A stretch of DNA of 64,000 nucleotides. It comes from Podospora anserina. Taxonomy: Eukaryota. Below the pieces are notes generated by a model. The model did not search any database, was not told the origin of the DNA, and worked only from the letters and a program-made list of their open reading frames with translations. The stretch lies in assembly GCA_017654855.1 (NCBI GenBank), contig CM030333.1:620001-684000 (forward strand). Reading direction: 5' to 3'. The position numbers and the translations under genes were made by a program. This document shows, piece by piece, positions 39,783 through 51,556 of the stretch. The number at the start of each line of letters is the position of its first letter. The stretch's first letter is position 1.

Positions 39783-40886
39783 TTGCGCTGAGTCCCGACA
39801 CCCCGAGTTGCTTGCCGGTTTAACTGGAGGGTCGAGCTACGAACAGAGCGCAAAAACGTTGTCGAGAGGGCCAAAAGAACGCAATCAGGGACACCCAAAG
39901 CTTATCCCAACCCCAACCGCGTGTCTTTATCGTTGAGTTCAAACGTTGGTCGAGATCACCTGCAATTCTCATCTACCGCTGTTACTTCTGCATCCCACCT
40001 GCTGGTACCACCGCCTGCATAAAGTATCTTCGACCGCCCCTCGCCACCAAAGCATTGGACAGCCAGCCAAGCCCGACATCACAGAGATCCGCTTTCTTCC
40101 TCCATCTGAAGCTCAACTTCCTCGACGACTGCCTCGCGTCCGCTCACGAACACGTCCTTCGTCTTGTTCAGTGATCTGGTCTTGTTGTCAAATCCAACCA
40201 ACAGCTACCGCGTCCAGCATTTTGCTATGCTGGTTTGATCGTGATCGCGGATTCCCATATCGCAACCACGCACCCGAGAAGAAAAAAAAGGTTCGACCTA
40301 TACCAACGTTCCTGGCGCCTACCGAGACTAGTACTCGACGCGCCGTCTCTTTTGGAGGAGCCCGAGAAAGTCAATTGGAACTAACCATTGTCTCAGCTAC
40401 CCAATTGGGCCGCTCTAGAGAGCTTGTCGTGCCATCAAGCCTGACTGTCTCGTCTTGTCCCCCTCCTCGGCCCGACAGTAGTCTCCATCGTGGAGACTGG
40501 CGGTTACGTGACCGCAAACTCAGATTCACCCAGCTTCGAGAAATACCGAAAAGCTGGATCTCCCGTCGATCTCACAAGGGCATACCCGGGGTCCGTCCAC
40601 CGAAGTGCCGTATTATCATCAGCAGCGACCGTTGTATGTGAACGAGAGACTGCCATCTTTACCTTTGCCGCAGCCTCCCCAGGCATATTCCTCGAGCGGT
40701 TCGTCACCCCGGGTAAGCTCAATATCATCTGCTGCAAGCTCCCACCTTGGTTCGCAGTCGTCCTTCACCTCAGCTGCGTCCTCCAACGGCCCCAAGACCC
40801 CAGGCACGCTTTCCCCAACGCTTCCGGGTAACTCTGTACCAGGCCCGCAGAGTCAAGGACATCCGGGATACGAGCATTACCCAGCG

Positions 40887-42897
40887 ATGCAAAGTGGAAC
40901 GGAGATGTACTACCAACCGGCACCTCATATGTCTACCGGCCAACAGCCGCCCCCGCAGACTGTCACTTCTCACTACGGCCAACAACAACCACCTCTGTTA
41001 CACCCAGGTCCTCCTCAATACTCCCCAGCTCCCTATGGAAGTCAGTACGGTTACGGAAATGGCCTTGCCTCTCCGCAGACAGGACCGCCCTCGGTGTCAA
41101 ACCCGATGGGTGGTGGTCAGCCAGTCCTCCCTCTCCCCGGCGTGAACCAGCCAGGCATGCCCAACAACGCATACACGGCCGGCTTCGACACGACTGGCCA
41201 AGTCGCGCCACCGGGCATGAAACCCCGCGTGACAGCAACGCTTTGGGAAGATGAGGGCAGCCTGTGCTTCCAGGTCGAGGCTCGCGGCATCTGCGTCGCC
41301 CGCAGAGAAGGTTTGTTAATCCATTGTCCAAGCCATGGCACCGCCTCTGTTTGCTAACTCTGTCGCTCAGACAACCACATGATCAACGGTACCAAGTTGT
41401 TGAACGTGGCAGGAATGACACGTGGGAGACGCGATGGTATCTTGAAAAGCGAGAAGGTCAGACATGTGGTCAAGATTGGCCCCATGCATTTGAAGGGTGT
41501 CTGGTGAGTGTGGCTCGCTCTTCGTGGCGTGAGGTGACCTGCTAACATGGTTCTTTAGGATCCCATTTGACAGAGCTTTGGAGTTTGCCAACAAGGAGAA
41601 GATCACCGAGCTTTTGTACCCCCTATTCGTGCATAACATCAGCTCCCTGCTTTATCACCCTGCGAACCAAAGTCGGGCCAACCAGGTTTTGACCGCGACG
41701 GCAGAGCGCCGGAAGCAGGATAGTCTGCGCGCAGGTCAACCACCAAATGGCCTGCCGTCTATTCAGCAGCAGCCGCAGCACCACCATCACTCGATGTCCC
41801 TTCCCGGTCCTCAACCTCCTCTCCCATCGCATTCCAGCATGGGCCGCCCCTCGATTGATCGCGCGCACCCCTTCCCCACCCCTCCCACCAGCGCTTCCAG
41901 TGTGATGGGTCCTATGGGTGCCTCTGAGAACTTTCAATGGAGCCAGCAGAGCATGAACAACGGCCAGACGAGTCAGATCTCGATTGACACCACTTTGAGC
42001 AACAATGCCCGGTCGTTGCCCAACACACCTGCGACCACGCCTCCCGGGTCTACCCTTCAAAGCATGCAGAATTACCCCCCGGTCAGCCAACCATATGACA
42101 GCTCGCGCCAAATGTACCAGGCACCGCCCCCGCAACAGTCCTCATACACTTCTGCGAACTCCAGCACCCAGGAAAGATCCATCTACGGCCAGTCCAACTA
42201 CGTAAAAACTGAAATGGCCCCCCCAGCCGGTCGCGCCACAGGCCAGGGAAACGAGCAGGGTGACTCGAAGCCGCAGAATGGGCTGATGCACGGCGAAAAC
42301 CAACCTGCCTCTGGACAGGAAGAGGAAGCCGACCACGAGCATGACCCCGAGTACACTCACGACAGCGGGGCCTATGACGCAAACCGCAACTCGTACAACT
42401 ACAGCAACCCCCAAGTGGCCTCGTTACCAAACGACCACGCTCATCTGTCTCCCGAGATCTCTGGTTCTCCCCACCAAGCTGGTTCCGGAAGAGCGACTCC
42501 TAGGACCGCCGCTGCCCCGCAATCATACTATGCCCAGCAAGGTTACCACACACCACCGCGCGCACCCGGTCAACCGTCAAGCAATCTCTATAGCGTGATG
42601 AGCAGCGACCGCAATGCTCCCAACGGAACCAACGGCAGTGATGTCTATGCCAGCCAGCCGGACATGAACTCGATGTCAAACGGCTATGCGCCCCAACCAC
42701 CAGTGCTGAACGGCTCAACGTCCTTGAAGCGCGGTAGAGACGACGATGACGACAGACCGAGCAGCGGCGGTGGCGGCATGTCAATGGACATGAAGAGACG
42801 CAAGATGCTTGATGGCAGCGGGTCGATGCCATCACCCACTTTCAACCCCCCCATGGCGCAACCTGCTTCTACCATTCCTTCACAAAGACGGAGGTAA
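40887..42897 (+). CDS. stuA: APSES transcription factor StuA/Asm-1. Exons 40887-41310, 41371-41503, 41559-42897; possible non-AUG extension from 40605
   Basis: APSES domain [103 protein letters not shown] across two canonical introns. C-terminal [12 protein letters not shown]. Confidence 0.96.
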
Positions 42898-45166
42898 TAC
42901 GGCGATAGCATCTTGATTTTCGCGACGAGTACCATCATTAGCGGCGTTGGGGGAAATTGTGAGTCTGAACACGAGACGAACCGGATAGTGAGAGACGGGT
43001 GCTTCTGTCCAAGCTCTCTTTGCAGAACCAGACGGCAAGCTAGTTCTGTAAAAGCGAAGGCAGAGACCAGACGCACCAAACACACACACATACACCCACA
43101 CTCCTTGCTCGTTTTCTGTGCAAAATCTTGCTTTTTTGTACTCGCTCAAGACGAACGACCAACAACGAAGGGCTCTTTTTTTTTTCTGGGAGGGCCCGGG
43201 TTCTCAAGGACGATTGCTCAGGCGAGCAAAACAGCTGACGATTCTCTTTGTTGGATGCTTGCTGATATGGCTGTACATGGCTGATGAATTAACGGATTTT
43301 TTTTTGCATGGGCTGGCTAGGCGGGTCTAATCACTAAAGAGGATGGGCCAGGGGGGTGAGAGCAGCTTCTCTCATCCCTTGGGTTCGGGATGACTTTTTT
43401 TCTTCTCACTCGCCAAAAAACAAAGAAGGTTTTTGTCGGAACCGTCGCCTGTTTATGATCCTAGGCGCGGAGGCGGCAAAGAAATGTGATGATAAAACGG
43501 GACTGGACCTTTTTTTCTGCTTCTCTGGGGCTGGGGCTGCTGTTGTCGGGTTTCGTGGGGGGACAAACAGCGACGATTACTCGACATAGAGTCGAGGATA
43601 TCAGAGGATGTCGATTGGGGGATGTGCTCGCACTGGTTGATTGATCAGCGATGAAAGTCCTGGTTGACTTGGCTGGTGTGGTGGCATAGGATCTGTTTGT
43701 TGCCGTTATAAACTGTTTCCCATCTTCTGTATGATTGTTCGAATTGGTCGGTGAGCGTTCCGGACATGATGGAAGAAGGAAAGGCGGTTAGCGGGATCAG
43801 ATGAGCGAAAGCAGCAGCTGCAGCAGCGGTCGCCTATGAGTGAGAAAGCGGTTCAACAGACTTTTTTTTTTCTCTACTCTCTTATCCATTGTTCACTTTT
43901 CCTAGCTCATGACGCTTATGACCAATGACTCTCGAATATTATTCTTCTCTTTTTTTTCTCTCTCTTTCAATTGCTTCAAACAAAAGTTGCGGGGGTACGA
44001 TGGAAGGGGATGGGATAGGGGAAGGCGTGAGGGGTTAGGGGTTGTTGTTGTTGCTGTTGTTGTGTGTATGTTGTTGCTGACTGATGATGATGTCAAATGA
44101 TGGATGGTTTTTCGTTTTGATGTCGTCGCGCATTGGAAATGGTTGATGGGTTTTGGTGGGAAGGGGGATGGATGGTTTTTTTTTTTTGATTGTTTTTTCT
44201 GTTGTGTTTTTTTGTTTTTGAGGTTTTTATCAGAGTAACGACTTTATGAGAAAAAAGAGAGATTTAAAGTTTACAACCAAAAAAAATGAGTGCCTTTGAC
44301 AGATGCGGGATGTGAAGAAGACGGGAGAGGAAATAGGGGTCGTGGTTTTGTGTTAGTTGATTTTGTCTTGTGAGATAAGTGCTGTGGTTTTGTTTGGTTT
44401 TGATCTGTTGTTGACATCATCATCAGGGGCGGCAACACGGCGGCACGGTCTAGTTTGCGGCCGGTGAGACTAAGGGGATATGATTGATGGCGGGTAGGGT
44501 GGTAGGTTAACAGAGACCGCGATCAAATGTCAAGGTTGTGTTTGTAGTTGTTTGTCATGGTCCTCTCATAGACTGCGAGTCTCATGTGCCGCCAATCGAA
44601 GCCGGTCATGACTACTACATCCTGACCCATTTATATTCAGGGGGTTAATATACAGTCACTTGAACCTCAGGTGTAGTCCCTTGGACGAAGCTTTGTTGGG
44701 GCGGCTGTCCTTCCAATCTGTCGAAACATCTGGATGGCTATTCAAGGCATGAATGTTGAAACGGCGGGTTTAAGGGGGGTGGAGACATATGCAAGGGACG
44801 CGCACATGTAAGGGGCAGGTCACGTGTCATAACCGTTGCTGGGCCACAGGGATAAACAGGCACAAACGCTGGCCTGAGTCGAAATGATTGGCTGGCCAGG
44901 ACCAGGTGCCGTCGCAATCAAAGCAATTTCCCCCAGAGGGACAGGCCACTGGAAGCACTGAATATCAGCGCCATAACTCGGTGCAAGTACCACCGGCATC
45001 ACAACAACATCCCACCACCGACAAATCCCTTTTTGCACAAGATTAGCTGGCTGGATTTCGGGGCTCTCTGCTTGCGATTTCTACTGACAGATTACCTATC
45101 TGCAGCAAACCTGACGCGGGTAACTGACTTGCTTTTGTCCGTGTACACACTGTGATCGACCGCAGC

Positions 45167-47803
45167 ATGGCAGCGCCGTTATCGCCGACGCCGAGCGCGG
45201 CTCTCAATTTCTCAACGCCATCGGGCAGCCTGCACCACGGCGGACCGTACGAAGCTCGACCTTATTTGATGAGGGATTCCTCCACCTCACAACCGGACCG
45301 TTATAGCACCGAGAACGGCGCCGTCATCGTCGAGGAGCAGCAGAGCAGCAGAAACAACCACCACCACCACCACCGCAGCCGCGACGGGTCGCCTACCCCG
45401 CGTGGACCCTCACCGCCCAAGGTTCGCCCTGGTTCAACCTCGCGCATCATGTCGGGCAACGAACTTTCACCGCTCAAGATTCTGCAGTCGCACCAGCACG
45501 CGCAGGTTCAGGCGGCACACCAACAGCAAAGTTCAGCCTCATCATCACAGCCCACTTCTGCCGATTCTACTAGTAGTGGTCAACAGCCAGAAGATCTGAC
45601 GTCGCCTCCTCCGCCAAGGAATTCTTCTTCCATGCCCCCGCCGCCGGCGCTGCAAAGCCCGAGAAAAGCACCGATCAAGAGATTTCCCATCCGAGTCAAC
45701 CAGCCCGGCCAGTTGTCCTCGTCCAACGAAAGCTCGCGACGCCCGTCCAACGAACGCCGCGGGTCTGACGAGCAGCAGCAGCGATTGGGCAGCTCCATGG
45801 GATCGTCGTCCCACCGGCCAGAAAATATGCTGGAGAACGAGGGGGTGAAGCACGCGATTGAGATTTTTGAGGACGACATCAACTCTGATGATCACAACGA
45901 CGATGAGGTTGATATGGATGATAGCAACAACCATCACAGACGGAGGGACGCAGACGGGGACGAGAGGATGGGCATGCAGGACGAGGCGACGATGGATGAT
46001 GACGACATTGGCGCGAACGATACCATGACCAGCACGTTTAGCACGTTTTCCGCGGTGCCAAAGGCGACGGTTATGGGCATGAGGAGTGACAGCCCGACCA
46101 AGTTTTCCATGTCCACGTCGTCGGGGCCGACGCCGAGGGGGGGGAGGGCGAATAATGGGACGGGGGTTCCGGACCGGTCGGGCGCGCAGCAGTTGTATGA
46201 CGGTGGGGGTTCGACGAATCTGATGGACTTTACGGAGAATTTGCGGTTTGGGAGTTATGGAGCTCAGCCTATGCCTTCGAGACGGGGTGGTCAGGCGTCG
46301 CTGTCGTCGTCGTCGACGTCGGGGAGGGGGGTGGGTGCTACGCCGCAGAGGAGTGGGGTTGCGAATCTGCTTGATTTTGATATCCCCCCGGCGCCGACGC
46401 CGAGGAGCGTTCCGACTATTACTCCTCGGGAGCTGGAGTCGCTCAAGTCGGGGTTTTTGTCGGAGATTTCGAGTTTGAAGGCGAGCCTTTCTGGCAAGGA
46501 GGCTGAGGTGCAGCATCTCAAGACTGCGGTGGGGGATGCGGAGAAGAGGGTGGGGGAGTGCATGGAGCAGCTTCGTGAGATTCAGGATGCGCACGAGTCC
46601 CTGACTACCGAGAAAGACTCTTGGGAGCGCCGAGGAAGGGAGATGGAGGTTGTTCTGCGGCAAGTCAAGGAAGAAATTGTCATGACCCAGCGCGAGAGAG
46701 AGGAGTTGGAATTCAAACTTCACGAATCAGAGCAGAGAAGAGAGGCAGCAGAGATGATGGCCCAGGACGCCGAGTCGAAAATGGCGGGTATGAGAGCTGG
46801 TCAGGCAGCCGGGAGCCATAACGCCCCTGGACAGGCGATCAACGCCAACAAGGAGGTCGAGTTGGCCGTCGAGCGAGTAGCCAAGGACCTCCACGCGCTT
46901 TACAAGTCCAAGCACGAGAACAAGGTTGCCGCCCTGAAAAAGAGCTATGAGACGCGCTGGGAGAAGAAAGTCCAAGGTCTGCAGGCTCAGCTGGACGAAC
47001 TGACGCGAGAGAATGAGGACTTGCGTCATGGGAGGGCGAACCAGATCAACAACCTCAACCACCATCGCATTGCCGAGCTGGAGGAGGAGCGCGCGCAGAA
47101 TGCGGCTCATATCCGTGAGCTGGAAGCCGAGAGCCAGAAGTTGGAGGCTATCCTGAGGACTGTCCAGGCTGACAATGCCGAGCTGAGGCTGCTTTTGGAG
47201 AGGGAGCGGGTCGAAAAGGGGGAGCTGGTGCAGCTGGCGGAGGAGATGATGAATATGCAGGCCACCCTTGCTGCTGCTGCGCCTGCGCCTGCGCCGGCGC
47301 CGGCGCCGGAGCCGGAGCCGGAGCCCGCGCATGCTCCTGCTCCTGTTAGGACGATCAAGTCCCCTTCTCCTGAGCCAGCGCCAGTTGTTGCGCCTACGCC
47401 GAGCAAGACGCCGAATCGGAGGCAGAGCATGCTTGGTGGACCTACAAAGACGCCTGGTACCGGGCTGGGAGTGAGATCGAGCATGCCGCCGCCCAGTAGG
47501 TCTACTGGGTTGGGGGTCACGGATGAGAATCATGCTCCTCCCACGGGGAATAATTTCCGGATGAGCGTCGGGCCAGGCGGGTTCAGAGCTTCTGGATTGA
47601 GGGCTCCGGGAGGAGGCCCGCAAAAGATGGGACTGGCGAGGAGCGGGAGTGTAGCTGGGCCGCATGAGAGGACCAAGAGCTCGAGCAGCGGCACTGGAGG
47701 ACTACCCCGCCCCGGATCGGGGCAAGGGAGGGGGTTGATGGGGAGTATTGAGAAGATGGGCGGCGGTGGGTACAGCAGCGGTTACGGGAGGAGAAATGAC
47801 TGA
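45167..47803 (+). CDS. Fungal TACC-domain coiled-coil protein (Slk19/Alp7-like, kinetochore/spindle-associated)
   Basis: Intronless ORF of ~878 aa from ATG 45167. Contains LLDFDIPPAPTPRSVPTITPRELESLKS, long coiled coils, and VERVAKDLHALYKSKHENKVAALKKSYETRWEKK, which resembles the fungal TACC motif. Confidence 0.75.
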   Translation: MAAPLSPTPSAALNFSTPSGSLHHGGPYEARPYLMRDSSTSQPDRYSTENGAVIVEEQQSSRNNHHHHHRSRDGSPTPRGPSPPKVRPGSTSRIMSGNELSPLKILQSHQHAQVQAAHQQQSSASSSQPTSADSTSSGQQPEDLTSPPPPRNSSSMPPPPALQSPRKAPIKRFPIRVNQPGQLSSSNESSRRPSNERRGSDEQQQRLGSSMGSSSHRPENMLENEGVKHAIEIFEDDINSDDHNDDEVDMDDSNNHHRRRDADGDERMGMQDEATMDDDDIGANDTMTSTFSTFSAVPKATVMGMRSDSPTKFSMSTSSGPTPRGGRANNGTGVPDRSGAQQLYDGGGSTNLMDFTENLRFGSYGAQPMPSRRGGQASLSSSSTSGRGVGATPQRSGVANLLDFDIPPAPTPRSVPTITPRELESLKSGFLSEISSLKASLSGKEAEVQHLKTAVGDAEKRVGECMEQLREIQDAHESLTTEKDSWERRGREMEVVLRQVKEEIVMTQREREELEFKLHESEQRREAAEMMAQDAESKMAGMRAGQAAGSHNAPGQAINANKEVELAVERVAKDLHALYKSKHENKVAALKKSYETRWEKKVQGLQAQLDELTRENEDLRHGRANQINNLNHHRIAELEEERAQNAAHIRELEAESQKLEAILRTVQADNAELRLLLERERVEKGELVQLAEEMMNMQATLAAAAPAPAPAPAPEPEPEPAHAPAPVRTIKSPSPEPAPVVAPTPSKTPNRRQSMLGGPTKTPGTGLGVRSSMPPPSRSTGLGVTDENHAPPTGNNFRMSVGPGGFRASGLRAPGGGPQKMGLARSGSVAGPHERTKSSSSGTGGLPRPGSGQGRGLMGSIEKMGGGGYSSGYGRRND

Positions 47804-48594
47804 GGGATGGGTTATGAGATGATGATGCCTTGTACGGATTTTGACGATTCTTTTCTTTTTCTTTTACAGCTTTGATTCTTTTTTGTTGTTGTTTGTTGCA
47901 AAAGACTTTGGCGTGTGGGGCGGGAAGAGAGAGGGGGGAGTTGCTGCATGTTTGTTGGTTGACTGTCATTCTCGATTTGTCTTTCTACAAGCCCATACTG
48001 GCGGTGTGGGCAATGGGTTCTTGAGGTATTTTTCGAAGGAGGAAAAAAGTTAAAGTCAGTCATGGAGGGAGGGGTAAAGGCGGCGTACATAGTAGGGAAA
48101 GATATTTCAGATACCCCCCCTTTGCATATAGGCCATTAGCTATTTCATGGTTTCTTTTCTTTTTTTTTTCCCCCAAGGCTTGTACTGTTGTTCTTTTGTG
48201 CTTCTTGGGATGGGTGGTGCTTGTCCGGTTTCTGGCTATGATAGACATGTTTGCGGCGGATTGATTTGGGGCTTGTATCCAGTATCATAAAGGCATCTCC
48301 CGTTGTTAAGATCGTAAATTTATTGTGTAATCATTCATCTAGTTTCTGCCACTGGATATATATCTCATGTCGATATGGTCTTGGACGAACAAATATTGAA
48401 ACCTCTCAAAAGGTTGTAATCTATTAATAATTATTTATCAAAAAGTTTCAGCTAGGTCTCCTAAGCTAGGTATCAGGTAGGTATCAGGGCCTCGTCTACA
48501 AAGTCGTGCGGTCGTTTGATAGTCATAAGTAATATACACGCGCCCCCGCCCCCCCAACCCTTTCCCCTTTTTCTAACTCCAATTCTTTGTCTCC

Positions 48595-50491
48595 TCACTG
48601 CTTATCCTCCTTGTCACACATCTCCTCCAACCTAATATCCCCATCCATCTGCCCCAACTCCTCATTACTCCGCTGCCCGTGATGCACCACCTTTACATTA
48701 TTCCCCAGCGCCTCATCCATCTCCCTCCTCCACTTCTCACCCCTCCTCTTCAACAAGAAAATCGCCCCATTCCCCGTGATCCACGCAAATAACCCCACCA
48801 TCAGACACAACCACCGATTCCCCATGGCATCAATCAACGGCTGTGCAAGAATCGCTCCCACGCAAGAGACAAAGTTTCTCACAAAGTTATTGACCGCTAC
48901 CCCAGACGAACTTCTTTGGGGCATGAACTCTGTCAGCATTGTCGTTACCGCACCAAAGACTAGCATACTCCCTACTCCAAAGAGAAAGGTAGCGATGGCT
49001 GGGGCGGCAATGTACTTGAGCCCCAGACTAGCAGTGAAACCGTACACGATGAGAGAAAGCGGGTATAGAGAAGCAGCAAGCCACATGTTCTCTCCCATAC
49101 GGTCCTCAGGGAGGTATATCAATTTGGGGGGGTTGACGCGGTCGTCGAAGCGGCCGGCGCGAAGTGCTTCGCGCTTCATTATGTGGTCGAGCCAGCGGCC
49201 GCCGACGGTGGAGGCGGTGATGTACCCCAAGGAAGGAGCGAGATACATGCAGCCGATGATGGTGCTTGTGAAATTGTAGGGTGGAGTGGAATAAGTTGAT
49301 TGAATGGAGATGTTGAGGACGAAGAGAGAGCCAAAGGCCACGCTGGCCGAATAGACTGATATCAGCACCGGTGGATAGCGAAGGTAAGCAAGGACGGTGA
49401 GGGGGTCCCAAAGGAAGCGCTTGATGGTTGAAGCGGCGGATTTGATCGATTTGGCTGTCGTGGTGACACGGGTCAGAGGGTTGGCGGTTGGATCGGGGGA
49501 GCTGATGGGGGCTGTAGCCGGCTTCTTGTTGGCAAGTGTTTCTGGCAGACAGAAGAAAATCATGAGGAGCATGACGCCACCATAAATAGTCAGGAACCAC
49601 ATCGTCGAACGCCAACCAAAGGCTCCAGATAAGCTACCGCCAGTAAGGGGGCTAATCAGCGGGCCGATGAGAGGGCCGAGATAAAAGAGGCCCATAGCTC
49701 TCCCACGCTCGGCCGGTTCCCAGATATCGGCAATGGTGCCGGCGCCGACGGCCTGAACAGAAGCTGACGCACCGCCTCCCAAGATTCTCATGACGATCAA
49801 CATTGAAATATTGACGCTGATGGCGCTGAGTGCCGAGAAGACGACAAACATGGTGAAGGAAATGATGTAAATTGTCCGGCGGCCGAGGGTTTCAGAGAAC
49901 GACGACCACCAGAGAGGAAAGATGGACATGGCAAGCATGTACATGGCCACCGTCAAATTAGTAATTGTGGTGGTTGCGTTCAACTCTTTTGCCAGGTCAG
50001 GGAGGGCGGCTACACGTTGTCAGTCAGCCTCCACAGTGTAGAGGGAAGAGGAAGAAACAAGACTCACGCAGAAATATACCAGAACCCATAGGGGCGCCAG
50101 CGGCAGCTAGAGCAACGACAGCTGTGATGGTCCATTTGGTACCTCTCTTGTATTCTAGTGGTGTCTCGACTTCGGGAATTATGGTGAATCTTCCAAACAG
50201 GCCACGCCGTTGGGATCTTGGAACGATAGGATTGTTTGGTCGAACAAAGGAAGAGCTCCGCCGCGATCTCGTCTGGGTGGGTTGAGTAGGAGAGAGTACA
50301 TTCTCACGGTGTGATAAGCCTATCCCACCCTGGCCGGGTACATCATCCACGATGACGGCTTCTTCATCGGTGCTTATCGACGTTCCTGTGTGGCTGCCGA
50401 CCTCGAACTCTTCTTGGCCCGGGGACGATGGTCGGTCCGGCTTGGCAACGGATCCGGACCGACCATTCTCGTCAGAAGAGCCAACGGCCAT
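48595..50491 (-). CDS. MFS drug:H+ antiporter (DHA1 family, Dtr1/Qdr-like). Exons 50491-50068, 50009-48595
   Basis: Multiple TM segments; SETLGRR, GAGTIADIWEPAERGRAMG, GWRSTMW, LPET and PEDRM motifs. Intron GTGAGT..CTGAC..TAG (50067-50010) joins IFL|PALPDL in frame. Confidence 0.92.
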
Positions 50492-51556
50492 GACCTGTTA
50501 GACTTCGATAAGATGAGTGCTGAAAAGGAGCGGCGGGCCTGTCGTTGGCAGCCCCATATGATAGGGGCAGGTTCGATCGATGACGAAATAGGAAAGGAAA
50601 AGATTCCTAACATCTAGTATAAATAGGGGACGATATGAAATATTATTTTAGGGGAGGTAGAGCTTGGCCGGGAATAAGCAGGCCGAGTGGGTGCTTCGAC
50701 ATCCTCGGCATCGCTTCTTCTGGGGCCGTTCCCAGTCCCGGGGCACGGTCAAACAAGCCGGTCTCTTTTAGCGTTGAGGAAGGAGCTGGCTGCCCCATGG
50801 GGAATCATCCATGGGAGTGCGGGTACGGGGTATGAGCCTGTAGCCGAGCGGATGGGAACCTATTACCAAGCAGTTCCTTCCACCGATACTGAATCAACAA
50901 GCTTCCGATACCCGTTGAGTTTTTGATTCGGACGAACATCTCGAAGCACCAAAAGAAGTCGCCTTTGACCAACGGCTCGGAAGCGAAAGCGGCGAAATCA
51001 CCCTTCTAGACGGCAAATTCGGCAACTCGCGACAAACTGCTCCTGTTGCCAGCACACCATGACAAACCGATTCCAACCGCCTCGTTTTGCACACGCCTTG
51101 TGCTTACTGCCGTGGCATCATCGATAAATGAAAAGTCGGGAAACATAGGTATGAGCGGGAAAGATGCAGCATCGCTGCTGACTGCATTGGAGAAAATGGC
51201 GGCAAATCCATTGCTTCGGCCGGAAGAGGATATAAGATGAGGAGGAAGGATCAATGTTAAGGAGAGCAGCAGTCCTAACAGGCAGAATCATGGAGACACT
51301 GGGCTATCGGCCGTGATACTACCGTCCTGCCGGGCACCTCAATGGGTTGTCGTTGAAAGATGCAGGGACGTCCAGCCCTAAAGACTTTGACAGCACCCCG
51401 CAACCCCACATTGACTCACCCTCGCCCTGCCGCGTTGGAGGGGCACAACATGTGCCCCTCTGTGTCCTCCGACCTACGGCCTGGCACCCGGTGACGACAC
51501 TTGGAAAAGAATCCACTGGGATTTTTATATCAGCAGTAATAAACCTTCAAGTCAAA

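Noticed and set aside
40134-40142. StuA response element-like TCGCGTCC in the stuA leader
   Set aside because: A single short match is expected by chance; not enough to claim autoregulation.
51347-51556. 70-codon TTG-initiated N-terminal extension of PRO2
   Set aside because: ATG 51557 has a strong CAAAATG context and matches the expected start of the enzyme; the upstream stretch overlaps promoter-like sequence and has no protein-like features.
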